Assembly: GCA_043228905.1 (NCBI GenBank)
Contig: JBHGNT010000014.1
Coordinates: forward strand, 1,550,001 to 1,614,000
Direction: 5' to 3'
Length of the DNA: 64,000 nucleotides
Origin: Azolla caroliniana
Lineage: Eukaryota > Plantae > Polypodiophyta
The notes beneath the pieces are model-generated. The model saw nothing but the letters and a program-made list of their open reading frames with translations. It did no database searches and was not told where the DNA came from. This document shows positions 34,030-47,482 of this stretch, one piece after another. The translations under genes and the position numbers were made by a program. How positions within the stretch are numbered: position 1 is the first letter of the stretch; each line of letters begins with the position of its first letter.

Positions 34030-36897
34030 CTGTATTCCATCAAGAACCCCTCCACAGAAATCCTGACTGAATACTTTGGGGAGTACTCCATCGCCAGCAA
34101 AGCGTACTAAACACAAGACGGCGAAAATCCCTTGTTCAGGGAGGTGGCTCGCGTTTTATTAGAATACGGATTTGTGCATCCTCGAGCAACGGTCATGACA
34201 AAGAATCGGGCCAGATTTATCATAGCAACATTCGAAGGCCTCAAGGTGGATTGGCCGGTAATTATAGCCGACTCTCTACGAGCAAGCATCGCATATGTAG
34301 TGGACGGGAAGAAGGCATTGTGTGGGTTAACCTAGTGCCTAACATTATTGGTACCCCCAACACATGCCATCAAGCCGAAGAAGCAAACTCGGCCGGAAAC
34401 CACACCGAATAAGGCATCCAAACGGCAACAGATCCTGTTAAAGCACAACCCCAGGTGGATGGTAGGGGAATCATCTCAACAGGAAGAAGTACAGATGACC
34501 CAAGGACAAGAGCCGGTGGAACCAATTCCAGAGAAAATGGCCAAACCAATCAAAATCAAGTTGCATTGGTAGGACACGGACACGGACACGGACGACCTGA
34601 TCCGGAGGGTGAACAAGGAAACCGCAGAGGAAGAGGCTAAAGATGAACCCGCAAAAAGCCCTTCAACATTGCCCAAGGAAAGGTGACATGGAGCAGCATG
34701 GGGAAGGATCGGGTCCGAAGTAGGACAGTACCCCGAAGACCCGCTCAGTGGTGGTTGAACCCAGGGCGGAGGAAGAGCCGGTAATAAGACCAAAAGTGGT
34801 GACAATGTTTCAACAAGAATCGGTTACAGAGAGACTTACCTCACCAGGTCTTCAAACGTAGCACCACGAGGAACGTCGTCCGGAGCGGACACTAGAACTG
34901 TTGAAGGAGCACGAACCAAGAACGGAGCCAGTGCAACAGTTTGTTGCCCTAACACAACACGGAACATGCCACCAATGGTTAAAGTGGCTCGAAGAGCACG
35001 TATCCGGTGTGGCCGATTGGATGGAGGAAGAACAACGGCAAGTCGGAAGTCAAGCGAAATGGTTGCTAGCCACAACCGAAGAATTAGAGAAGGCCTGGGC
35101 ACAGATCCAGAGCCTGGAGGAAGAATTGAAAAAGGCCAAATAATATGCGGCCATCATGGCCAACATGGGCCAAACTACTAGTGCAGCGACGGAGCCGGTG
35201 CCACTAGCTAATCTACAAAAGGAAGCTTTGGAAACGGATGCACAACCGAAGGATAGTACAGCCCCGGCAAAAGACACTAAGCGGGATCAAGAAATGATAA
35301 CACTAAAAGAAGAATTTACTGCTCAAGAAGCACTATGGGGTAGAGAAAGGGATCAGTAGCCGAAGAGGAAAACAGAGATTGGAAGAAAATCTCCAGAAAA
35401 GTCAGGCTAATAACGACCGGCTGAAGGAAGAGTGAGTAAAACTCCTCCAAGAAAAGGATAAGCTCTGGAGAATGGCGGAAACGGAAATAGAGTTGTTGAA
35501 AGAAGAAATCCGGCAGCAGAAGGGCAGAGAGGATCGAGCGTGCTCCCAGATAAATCGTCGGCTAAACCAGAAACCAGAAGATTTTGAAAAGCTGCACCGG
35601 AACCACAAACAACTAGATGCCGAACATAAGAAGCTTGGGTCAGAATTTGATCAGCAGCAAGAAAAGTTTAAGGAAATCCGGACGGAACTGGCCAAGAAAA
35701 TGGAGGCGTTGTTTTTCCTCTTCAGGAAGAACGAGAACAACTCCTTCAAGAAAAGGATAAACTCCGGAGAATGGCGGAAACAGAAATAGAGCGGTTGAAA
35801 GAAGAAATCCGGCAGCAGAAGGACAGAGAGGATCGAGCGCGCTCCTAGATAAATCGCCAGCTAAAGCAGAAAATAGAAGATTTTGAAAAGTTGCACTGGA
35901 ACCACAAACAACTAGACGCCGAACATAAGAAGCTTGGGTCGGAATTTGACCGGCATCAAGAAAAGTTTAAAGAAATACGGACGGAACTGGCCAAGAAAAC
36001 GGAGGCGCTGGTGGACGAACAAACCAAGGCAGTTGCAATGGCGAAGGCACTCGCAGAAGCGACAAAGGACAAAACGGAGTTGAGCAAGAAGCACTATGAA
36101 GAAGTAGAATAGGCAAAAATGGCTTTGGATAGGGTCCAAACAACCTACCAAACCCAATTGGTGAACTATGAAGTGCACGCTCAGGTTACCGCCACCCTCA
36201 TTAAGAAGTTGAAGGAGGACAAGCAAGCTACAGAGGACAAGACAAAGCTCGAAGTGGGATGGATCCAAGCAATGGTGGAGGCATGGAAGGACCGGACAAA
36301 GAGGATTATCGACGACAGCTCGGTGGTTTGGTGGACTCAATGGCCGCAACAATCGGCGGAATTACAGATCCTCCGGGCAAATGCAGAAAACCAAAAGAAG
36401 GTTGGCGACAACTTTTACAAGATGGATGAAGAAAGTATTGTCACTATCCGGGAGGAGTTAGCAGACGACTTCTTTTCCTTGGCCAGAGCTTGCCTTGAAG
36501 CCGTCCGGAGGCTGATGGAAAGACTTGATGGTGATCAACTCGGAACACAACTCTAGTTTGAGCGATTCGAACAGGAGCGTTGGCGGCTAGAAGCAGAAAA
36601 ACGGACGTCGGCAATAAATATAAGTGATGAGGAGTAGACTACGGAACCGCAACTGCAACAGGAGGAGCTGCCAAATGAAGCCGAAGGAGAACAACCAAGG
36701 GAAGTTGGTGCAGACCAGAACCAAGCGATCGGGTCGGAGAAGCGAGCAAGAGCCGAAAATGGAGAGAATGTTGAAACCAACATAAGAACGGAGATGCCTC
36801 AGCCGGAAGAAGTCGGAGAACATCAACAAGCGCAACAAGAGTAGCACTACTCGTCCCCCACTTGTCCTCCATAATCTGGCCAACAACGATAAGCAAT
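34030..36897 (+). pseudogene. Decayed retrotransposon accessory ORF (Athila/Tat extra-ORF-like domain plus long coiled coil)
   Basis: Collinear + strand fragments: FREVARVLLEYGF..GLKVDWPVIIADSL, then E/K/Q-rich heptad sequence with many stops. Internal duplication with about 299-bp period (35441-35711 vs 35740-36011). Family assignment is tentative. Confidence 0.5.
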
Positions 36898-38807
36898 GAC
36901 ACCAAATAGATTGATACAAGGTTGATGTATTTATCCAATAGAGTATAAATATTGGAATCACAACAAGGAAGTTTACAAACATGCTCTATAAAAGCGAACA
37001 TAGCATTAAAATGATCTTCATCGATGGTGTAAAGGTTGTTTCCATGTGATTCATGTATTTCTTTTTTTTCTTTTTTCATTTTTCAATTTTTTATTAAAGG
37101 ATTTTCTTCAATAGTATTAAGAAAAAATGCCCAAAGGCTACAACGTGAACCTAGCTAGCCAGGAGGTTACAATGTTTCTTATACAATGATGTAAAATAAT
37201 GCCTCATGTATTTCTTAAAGATCACTCTATTCAATAGGGAGCATATGTCCCTATGTCCAACTTCGACTTGTATGAGGTTGATTTATGTGGTAAATAATGG
37301 TGAGAATCATTATAGAATTGTCATGAATGCTTCAAGGTGTAATGCCATTGTTCCTCATTTCCAATCTCTAGATTAAGGTAGAACGTTGAGGAGGATTAAT
37401 CCCCATTCCTGTTCAAATGGCATGGAGCTAAAGGGTGTGGTCAATTGTGTTTAATCATTTTCTTGTACATCTCCCAATATGCCAAGTTTATGTGACTATA
37501 ATAGTATTTCCATTTGCCAATCTTGGAAGCATTACTTTGTTTTGGTTTAGGCTACATTTACACGGTATGATTTGATGTCCACCATGAGTGCCATGTGTAT
37601 CTCAAGTAGTATTGCCACGTTCCCTCTCTAAAACAATTTATATATTATCCTACACATGTTTATCCTAACACCCCAAGCTTAGAGTGACTAGTAGGTATTT
37701 TTCCTCCATATCCTTTACTTTGACACATGCTTGTTATAGTTTGCCTACCCTACCTGCACGTTTATGTAGGTTGGTGCTTTCTTCTATTTAGACAAAATCC
37801 TTTGATCATAGTTTAGACAATGGAGTGATGACATACTGTCTGAGCAAGTTCTCACACATCTGCCAAATGCCTAAAAGCAAACGAAGGACAATATTTGTTC
37901 AACTACACTAAGATTGCGGTGGTTGTCTGGACCCCAAGGTAGAATGTATAAACAAATTTCGTACCTTCTCAATACGGGTTCAATCTAAAGGAAGGTATAC
38001 TTCTTTCGCATATCTTTGACCTATATATCAAGACTTGATTTACCAATGTTTGACTTATATGCTATGAGTCTAGACTTCAAGCATGTTGGAAGAGTGTTAT
38101 TGTATGTTTGAGAGTCAATGCAAACACATTGATACTAGAGGATGGGAAGTGAGATTGATGTTGTTCAATGTTATGGTGGTCCAATTGTTGCTTTATGGAG
38201 TGGAATTTGGAAATGTGGGTTGGCACTATCTCACAGTACATGGAATAAAATAGAGAAAATCCCAAAACGTTCTTACGTAGACAATTGGGCGTAAAATTTG
38301 CAATATCCTAGCGCTATTAGAAGTAGGTGTCCAACCCATATAGGTACACACCACACAAAGAGTATACAAGAATATCACAAAAATCATGTTAAACTATGAA
38401 AACAAGCTTAGAACATAGGATATAAGGTACAAAAAACTGATAAGATCAAAATCCTCTCATCTACTTGGTTTCTTGACATTATGAAATGGTTTAAGAGATG
38501 GGAAGTAAAAAGACCAATTGGAAACTCTCAAGTCATGCTATGAAGTATGTGATCATTGAGGATAGATTACTAGAGGCATGAAAGATGAAGTGGCAAGATG
38601 CTAAAATGTCAAATTTGGAACATTACATTACAAATATTAACCCCCAATGGCCCCAATAGAACTTAGAAGATAAAAATGCCAAACATATCCAATTGCACAC
38701 CCTGCTACCTCCATGAACTTTGGCTCTCACAGAGCCTTAACACTTCTTCGCACTTGCTCACACTAGTTTGGTGTTGAGGTAGCATCATGGTACCATCACC
38801 CAAATTT

Positions 38808-38925
38808 GAAGATATGCAATGTATGCACTGAAAACCCAATGGTGGATGAATATCACTTACTTATCACATGCTCAATGTATAAGGTAATTTGCGAGAAATA
38901 TGATGACTTGTTAGACGAGCATGAT
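38808..38925 (+). mobile_element. Old LINE remnant (C-terminal CCHC finger, RTEX-like)
   Basis: Translates LKICNVCTENPMVDEYHLLITCSMYKVICEKYDDLL, matching the RICRLC..EDEYHFTCKCPTYAEIRAKY motif at about 52560-52650. Confidence 0.6.
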
Positions 38926-40057
38926 AATGTGAGTGTCATGTCCAGCAAGAAGGGTGAGCAATGACCCCCTTCTTAGGAAGGGTTCACATACAAGATATGT
39001 CAATTTGGTCCCATAGGTCAAATGTGGCCTCATCATGGATGATGAAACATATATTCTAGTCTATTATGTACATTTTCCCGAAATGTTAGATAGAGATATC
39101 CAAGAGATGAAATGTTTCTCATTTGGCGCTCAAGCATACTAAGTACATGTATCTTTTTATGGGTCATGTTTAACCCGACTTGGCTATCTTTGATTTTCTT
39201 TAAAGATATCATGTGACCCCAGCCTTTGTGCTAATACCAATAACTTGTTCCAAATATCAAATAACTTGAATCACCATATCCAGCACTTTGTTCTTATACT
39301 TTGGCACTTGACATGATTAATCTTATCTCTTCTGAACTAAAAAGACAGAAAGGGGAACTTGAATACGTTCATTGGACCAAAAACTAGAACATGAAAATAA
39401 ACTTCAGTACATACAATCCTCTCTCCAATAGTGTAAGCACCCGAACCAACCCATAACATTAGTGACGCCCAATCTTAATCACATGGTTTTGATGCATTCT
39501 TAAAGAAAAGCTGTTGTATGCATGATTAGTATATAATATAGCATTATAATCATGTCGAATCACAAACTTTTGCATCGAAAAAGAGCATACTAGCATGTCT
39601 CAAGATACCAATCTTACAATCATGATTTTATGTGATTGCGCAGTGCAATCTACAGTAATGAAATAAAAGAGCTACAATGTTACTATTATTATCTATACAT
39701 GTCTATCCAAAGATATAACATCCAATATACAGCAACATACAACAACAATTCACAAGAGTAATCATCTTGGATCATCCTAGCATGGACAGCTCTGTGAATA
39801 CAATCCCCAAATGAACCTCATCGATCTTCATAGAATTGGTTTGTGGTCTTGTGAGTCACTGATAGCAATACACTTGACAATCCAATCAATGTTGCCAGTC
39901 AAATATTGCTATAGAAGAGCAAGTCTTAGGAGAAGTGTCAATGATGTAAAAAGACAAAGTTACCCAAGGTTATTTTGCAACTTGTATGCACACAACTTCA
40001 CTTGGTATGTGGCAAGTTGTTCAAGCCAGCAATAAATATACAAGCTTGCCATAGTCG

Positions 40058-43000
40058 CTATAGACCATTTCTATTGTATGAAGGCCTTCCATTCATCAGA
40101 GATGATGGTTTAACACCTTGAGATGCAGAGGTCGGATTCGCTAAATCTTTCAAGTTTTGTAACTGTTCTAGCATTTCAACTACTTCTGTCATTGATGGTC
40201 TTAACTTTGGATCTTTGCTTAAGCATCGGCGAGCCAAGTTTCCAGCTTTCTGGGCACCCTTAACAGAGAAGTGGCCACCTAGACGGGGATCGATTATCTT
40301 TAGGATCCTCTTTTTCTCGTTTAGGTAAGGACGAGCCCACTCAGAAAGGTTTTGTTGCCCATTAGGCCTGTTTTTATCTAAACAACAGTACCCCGTCAGA
40401 ATCTCGAGCAAAACAACTCCAAAGCTGTATATATCACTCTTGGAGTTCAAATGGCCTGAAAAACACACAGCTCAAACATACTTAGATTCACACTTCTCGC
40501 AAATACCTCTTTACAGAGTAAACCAAATAAATGCTTTTACCTGTCAAGACATATTCTGGTGCTGCATAGCCATAGGTTCCCATGACTCGTGTGGATACAT
40601 GAGTTTTGTCTCCTTGAGGGCCATCTTTGGCAAGGCCGAAATCAGAAAGCTTTGCATTAAAATTCTGTTCCAGAACGCAAAGTATTATTACTGGACCATA
40701 ACACTTAGCTTATCATAAAAGACCAAGCTGAACCAGAAGCACAAACCAGATCTAGCAGTATGTTCGATGTTTTAAAATCTCGAAAGATGACTGGCTTCTT
40801 CCTGTTGTGAAGAAAAGCAAGGCCCTTTGCAGCACCAAGTGCAACTTTCATGCGTGTATCCCAGGAGAGAGAAGATGAAGACTCTAAAAAACCATATTTA
40901 TTACTCACATATCAAGAAACACAGATATCTCACACAATGCAAATATGCATTAATGAGAAAAAGCAGTCCTACTTCGAAACAGTTGATTTTCTAGACTCCC
41001 TCGTTCCATGAATTCATACACGAGAAGCCTTTGATCATCCTCGATGCAATACCCGATAAGCTTCACAAGGTGTGGATGATGTAATTGTCCAAGAAATGTT
41101 ATCTCTGCCTGCACCAATCATATTTTATCGCTTTACATCATCAATATCATCTCTGATAAGTTACTTGAAGGATTCTTCGGAGAGGACTAGAGCATTGACT
41201 CACCAGCCACTCCCTGTGACCTTGCAAACCACCCTGATTGAGAATTTTAACAGCAACTGTAAGACCTGTACCTGGTCTGACAGGTGCTGTTCCATGCTCT
41301 TCTATCCAGCCCTTGAATACACAACCGAAACCACCTTGACCCAGCAGACTATCTGGGCGGAAGTTCCTCGTACAAGATTTAAGGTCATTAAATGTAAATT
41401 TCCGTAGCAATTGAATAAACATTGTCGTTTCTTTGACCTCCACGTTGGTTGTTTCACACTTGACAGTTTGCTCACTTGGAGGTTTTGTGCAGATTTTTTC
41501 CTCGCATCCAGCATCTATATCACATATTTTAATGTGTACACATTTTAGTCAACAGGTCTTGCAGATTTATTGGAAGAAACTAAGCAAGCTATGATGAAAC
41601 ATATTTCATTTATTACTATCACTAACAAAAATCTTCACATTCCAATGCATAGGAGTATATTATTAAGGGAACTCTCGTTTCGCTCCCAATGAATTAGTTC
41701 TCTATGTGCAGTACGTGTTATTAAGACCCAAGAAAATTAGAAGTAATGAGAATACAAGGGCAAGTATGCTTCATGTTAACGCATATTACATTCATACATG
41801 TAGCATATTATCCCAGAAAATCTATGAGATTGTACAAGTATAAAATTGGGAATACTCTACCACTTGCACGATACATCTGGTTCCATTACTGTAAAATTCA
41901 TTCAACCAATTCTCACCTTGATTTTTATTGCTAGAAATCACAGAAAACTTATTTGATTGGATAAATTACTAATTCTGGGTGTTCACTGTCCCTTGAACAA
42001 TAAAGCCAGGTGGACATAACATAAGTGCGAGTTTGGTTCATCTCATACATGCTTAAATTCTATTGCTAGAAATCCTAGGAATTTAACTAGTTTGGACAAT
42101 TACCAATTTTGGGAAGACTATCGTTTTATAAACAGGCCAGGAAGCTGAAGAATAGCTGTCCCAATTGCATCAAACCATTTGACATGACATTGTTGAAAAT
42201 ATCTGTGACATGAGATCATTGCAACCCATCTCTGCTCGTCTCTCCAACTGTCACCAACTAACAAGATTGATAACTATGATTTTGTTGCATTGCAAGTAGT
42301 ATTCAGCACTGCACAGTATGATTATTGTATTAAAATGTCCTCATATGATCCAATTTCCGATCTTAGTTTATGCACTGCTTCATTGATTGGCGCATGACAG
42401 ACTCCGTGGTTAGATGAATGAGACATATCATTCTTTGTCTCGAGAAATAAAGTAATGTTTAGACTATGTAGATAGCTACTCAAGAAATCTATTCAAATCC
42501 ATCAAATACCCTATATTTGCTGATAATTCTGATGCTTTGCAGGGGAATCAGTACATTGGAAAACATAGCATGAGATTTCTTTGTCAGTAAGACAGATAAA
42601 CTTCACGTTGATGAAAATAAGAAATATCATAGCTAGATCGGCAGAATTAACAGAAAATACCACAAATTTCATAGGATCTGTGGAATACAAAACTGAGTCA
42701 GACTTTGGAAGAAATACTATAGTGATCTCGGAGTGTAAACATTCTCATCGGAGAAGCCCTACATTTCTTGCATCAGCAATCTTAAAAGATCACATCTGAC
42801 CATTTCAAATCACCATATCTGATCATCTCCAGAGACCACATCAGACCATTCCAAATCACCATAACTGATCATCTCCAGATATCACATCTGATCACCTCAG
42901 AATACCATATCTCATAAGTTCAAAGGTCACACCTGTCCATATCATTTACATGAAAGCAAACCCAAAACAAGACAAAGAACTGAAACAAATCCCTTGGATT

Positions 43001-43174
43001 TCACGCACACACAGACACAGACAGAGATGAAAAAGGAAGGAAGATATAAATACCTTCATGAGCGATTTCAGCGCCAGAATTCTCCACTTTTAAGCGAGCA
43101 GACCAGCAAGTATCACAACCAAATAGATAAGACCAGAAAGAGGAGAGCACGTTCGGTGGCGCTTCCTGGCCCAT
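40058..43174 (-). CDS. Receptor-like cytoplasmic kinase subfamily VII (PBL/APK1/PIX7-like), 6 exons, 408 aa
   Basis: Exons 43174-43054, 41514-41204, 41108-40973, 40883-40747, 40664-40541 and 40455-40058 are all GT-AG and total 1227 nt in frame. Motifs: [94 protein letters not shown]. Confidence 0.93.
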
Positions 43175-43210
43175 TGGGAATCGACAGAGAAGACACCCAA
43201 GACCCAAATC

Positions 43211-43282
43211 TTAACCCTAAGCCCCAACCCTAATCCAGACCCTGATCCTGACCCTGAGCCTAACCCTAACCCTAACCCTAAC
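43211..43282 (-). repeat. Degenerate (TTAGGG)n hexamer tract in the kinase 5' UTR
   Basis: + strand cctaaccctaaccctaaccctaac is preceded by degenerate 6-mers (aaccct, gaccct). Confidence 0.8.
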
Positions 43283-43382
43283 AGAGGAAAGGCAGAGAAG
43301 AAGGTGGGAAGGTCACTATGCTGTGCAGGAGAGGCTACTTGTCAAACTTAAATAATAATATTAATGGTAATAAATTATAATG

Positions 43383-43413
<31 letters not shown>

Positions 43414-44565
43414 AAAGAGGAGGATCAAATGTCTCCTGTTAACTTGTGTGTGAGAGAGAGACTAGAGAGAAGAGAGATCATCTTACGACAAAATCTAGGC
43501 GACCAGCCGGCCAATTCCTTGGGTCGGTATTTTGCCCCTAGGTGTCTGCAAGCATCCTATTCCTACCCGCCCACCCAATGTATTACCACCACCTCGACTT
43601 ATCCAAGGTACCCGATGGACCCTTGCAATGCGATCGATTGAGCAGTTGGGGTGGCCGAATTAAGACAACATTGCTGCTACGCATGCCCATCCATCCATGG
43701 GCACACCTACCGGCCAGCGCGTTCGATTGATTCGTAGTTTTCTTTTTTGATGATTTTCGTGGTGTACTCAACCCAAAGTCTTACAAACTCCCTAGCACTA
43801 GTGCTACTGCTACTACTGATGCATTAACCACTAAAGAACAAACATGATTGGGAGAAAAGAAAAGTGTACTACTTACACTAAGGAACATACATAATTGAAA
43901 CTTGAAAGTAAAAGAAACCGACACACACGCATGAGTCGATGTATTACTTAATATTGGGATAACATACTGACATATAGATTTGCGTTTTGGGCACATTGTT
44001 ACCGGCCACATTAAATACTCCTTATTGGGGAAATTCGGTGGCGGTGGTTGGCCAATGCCCAATGCTCAAAGCTCACATCTAAACATCAACATCCAAGAGG
44101 ACAAGACGCGCATCACGCGGATGGCACGCACACATTTGACTATAGAAAGTGGAGGTTGGCTAAATGTTGAGCGCAAAAAAAAAGGACATTGGATGTGACC
44201 TTTTTACTTGTCATGTACCAGATAGGGAAGAAAAGTGCCATTTTGGAATTGCGTTGCATATGATGACAAAGTCAAAGTAGTCCTCTCGAACTCCAAAGCG
44301 AGAAAAACAATCAACACCACCACCAAGCATGTCGTCTGGTCGACTTCTAGACCATGGAAACAAACTCATGGGAAATAAAAATAAAACAACAAAAATTGGC
44401 AACTAGCGTAAGTTTTCGTTTACATTTCTTTTATGCTTCACCATTTTATAAGGGAAGGGGGGGCCCACCTGCATGACTAGGAAATTGCTTTGTAACGATT
44501 GTCGCTCTCCTAATGGACATTAATATATCATCGTCTTCATCTTTGTTTGAATGCTCATGTTTATT

Positions 44566-45128
44566 ATGGAGGAGCTATATGCTTGTATATGCCTCTTTGT
44601 CGTGTGTACAAAATTGACCAATTGTTTACATAAATGGAGTGTCATGGAAATAATGCAAACAAGTATACAATTATCAGGGTCAACGTGAAATATTATTGGG
44701 ATATGTAGTAATGGAAACAAATTAGATGCAAACGGTTGGTGTAGGTATATTCATGGAGGAGCTATATGCTTGGATATGCCTCTTTGTCGTGTGTACAAAA
44801 TTGACCAATTGTTTACATAAATGGAGTGTCATGGAAATAATGCAAACAAGTATACAATTATCAGGGTCAACGTGAAATATTATTGGGATATGTAGTAATG
44901 GAAACAAATTAGATGCAAACGGTTGGTGTAGGTATATTCATGGAGGAGCTATATGCTTGGATATGCCTCTCTGTTGTGTGTACAAAATTGACCAGTTGTT
45001 TACATAAATGGAGTGTAATGGAAATAATGCAAACAAGTATACAATTATCAGGGTCAATGTGAAATATTATTGGGTTATGTAGTAATGGAAACAAATTAGA
45101 TGCAAACGGTTGGTGTAGGTATATTCAT
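44566..45128. repeat. 187-bp tandem repeat, 3 copies
   Basis: atggaggagctatatgc at 44566, 44753 and 44940; the repeated spurious ORFs in the track show the same period. Confidence 0.95.
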
Positions 45129-46095
45129 TGGTCATCATAAATTGTGTACACTAATTTGAAACAAGCATTAAGCGATACTCAAAATGGAATCAAGCAAATG
45201 GTGTAATGTGATTAGGCAAACCATGACAATGCATACATGCAATGCACACACACGCTAATAAGGAAGAGCAAAATTAAATTTGCAAGAAAAAAATATTGAA
45301 AGTGGACGTCACACTTATTGAAGATCATAACCATTAATTATGTAAATGCGGCATACGCAGATATTTACACAATAACATGACCATAAGACTCCACAATTGA
45401 AGCATATAAGACGAGGATTTGGTAAAGAGAGGATAATTGCACTCTAGTTTAGCATCATAATAATCCTTAAAATAAAATCTAATATAGCTAGTGTATGCAA
45501 CACGGTCATTCTTTGATGAGATCCTTCTCTTTGTCCACTAGTTATTGTATAATTATCTTGAAAGTTGACATGTCATTAGATCCATGCCATTAGTATTTAA
45601 GGTTCCTATGTACATAGATTCCAACTTAAGAAAGTAAAACATATTTGCAACAAAGTAGACAAAAGAAAGTCATGTTTGTGAATTATATAAGATCTCTTGC
45701 ATACAAAAATTTGGAAACTAAAATGAAAAGAAGAACAATATCAAACCATCATCGTCTGATCTTCTTCCCAAAATATCTTGGTTTCACCAAAAAATAGCCA
45801 ACTTAGAGCCAGTGTAGTATACAGGCCCTATGCATGAGGATGGGGTGGGGTAGTCTAACGTACATATCGTGTGTGCACGCCGCACAATGCATATGATGTT
45901 CTAGAATGCTACATGTTGTTAGGAACAAAAGAACAACATGATACATGTAAATGACCTAAAACTAACTACTTGGAGGTGACCCACTTAACTTACCCCCTAG
46001 AAAGGTCTTCTTGTAGAGACGTCAAAAAGAGAAGACCGGCAGGTGTTAAGGATGAAGGAGCCTAGAAGAAAGAGCTAAGGAATTAACCATCTAGC

Positions 46096-46575
46096 CTAGA
46101 GTTGCTCGATGAAGAATGTAGAGCCTAGGGGGTCCTCCCTAGGGTTAATGAGGTTTTGGAGGGCGGTTGTGTAACGAGCCCCAACATTGTAGAGGTAGTT
46201 GGCAGGGGGTGAGGTGGTGAATGGCGAGTTCTCATAAACCAAGAACTCGTAGCGGTGCAAGAGGAAGTCATGAGGTGCGGGTTGCACATACGGCGCGAGT
46301 AATCTCACTATCCTAGCGGGTGAGGATGCGTCCGACGCGGAGAAGACGGCCCAATAGTGAACATACGTGAGGAGGGGCCCGGTTGTGAAGGGACGGGTCG
46401 CATTGCGGTCGATCATGATGACCGAGTAAGTGGTTGGGCCGGGGGACCTCGAGTCGTCAATGAAGATGTGAGGTTGGTCGATGGTCTGGAAGGGGCTCAT
46501 CTTGTCACCTTCATTGACAAGCTTCCCGTTGTACGAGACCGAGATGTTAATAGGGGTGGTACTATTGGAAGACAT
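46096..46575 (-). CDS. Divergent intronless PEBP (phosphatidylethanolamine-binding protein)-fold protein, 159 aa
   Basis: ATG at 46575, with an in-frame stop shortly upstream. SVSYNGKLVNEG..MSP..QPHI..TYSVIMIDRNA.RP..YVHYWAV..PYVQPAP..HRYEFLVYE aligns by eye to the PEBP core (YTLVMVDPDAP, YLHW, Y..P.P..G.HR..F.L). TATA on the minus strand near 46790. Confidence 0.8.
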   Translation of the reverse strand: MSSNSTTPINISVSYNGKLVNEGDKMSPFQTIDQPHIFIDDSRSPGPTTYSVIMIDRNATRPFTTGPLLTYVHYWAVFSASDASSPARIVRLLAPYVQPAPHDFLLHRYEFLVYENSPFTTSPPANYLYNVGARYTTALQNLINPREDPLGSTFFIEQL

Positions 46576-46787
46576 GATGATGTGGGTGAGGTAAATCAAG
46601 TACTAGTTACCGAGCAAGACAACGAGGCTAACGAAAAAGCAAGTATGAAAGGGAGAGAAGAATGTTATGTACTACAAAACACTCTCTAAATGGAGGGGTT
46701 ACACCAAAGCTTGAAGGAAAAGGTAAAGAGAGACTTTGGGTTTGGTTTTGGCTTTGGCTTTGAAAGCTAGTTTGTGATGGGGGTTGT

Positions 46788-46796
46788 TTATATAAG
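46788..46796 (-). promoter_or_regulatory. TATA box of the first PEBP-like gene
   Basis: Minus strand cttatataaa lies about 215 nt upstream of ATG 46575. Confidence 0.5.
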
Positions 46797-47482
46797 GGTG
46801 AGTTTTAGAGTGGGGCCATGTAGAAGAGGTAGCTAAGCATTGGTGCTATTTTTTAACACCTTTTTTGAGCACTCTTTTTCCATTCTTTTCTTGGATTCTA
46901 AAGTGAAACTTACCTAAACCAAGTAGGCATAAGTTCTAAAAGTGGCCATATCTATCAGTAGTAATTCAAGTTAATGGTTAAAGTTAAAAGGCCTTCCAGT
47001 TCCATCTACATATCCGTCTTTTCCTACTAAGTTTAGTAAACAAGGGCCTTAAAAATACACTCCAGCATGTTAGCTCAACTAAGTTTGATGCATGGTTTTG
47101 GTTCAAGCTCTCTATTATGAATACCCAAATCCGAACACTAATGTAGCATATACATGGTAGCCTACATACATACAGCTAAGATCCAAATCCAATAATAGTA
47201 TACATGATTAATACCCAAAAATCTGATCACTAATGTAGCATATACATACATACAAAATAAGATCCAAAAATCCAATAATATACATTGTAATTAATACCCC
47301 AAAAATCTGATCACTAATGTAGCAAACATATACATACATACATATAGGCTGGACCAATATATGTACAAAACCATTAGATTAGTCCCTAGATTAGTCCCAT
47401 CCATGGACAATGTCTATGGTGGTGAGTGTTTGATGGTTCAAATTCTTGGGCGAGGGATTCATGGTTGGTCGCCGAAACATTC

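Noticed and set aside
43211-43282. Telomere or interstitial telomere fusion site
   Set aside because: Only about 4 perfect hexamers grading into degenerate units within a gene leader.
43480-43740. GC-richer block upstream of the kinase as a MITE
   Set aside because: Terminal inverted similarity is weak and no TSD is visible.
44520-45094. Three repeated 61-66 aa ORFs as a peptide gene array
   Set aside because: They start at TTG, simply mirror the 187-bp DNA repeat, and show no coding features.
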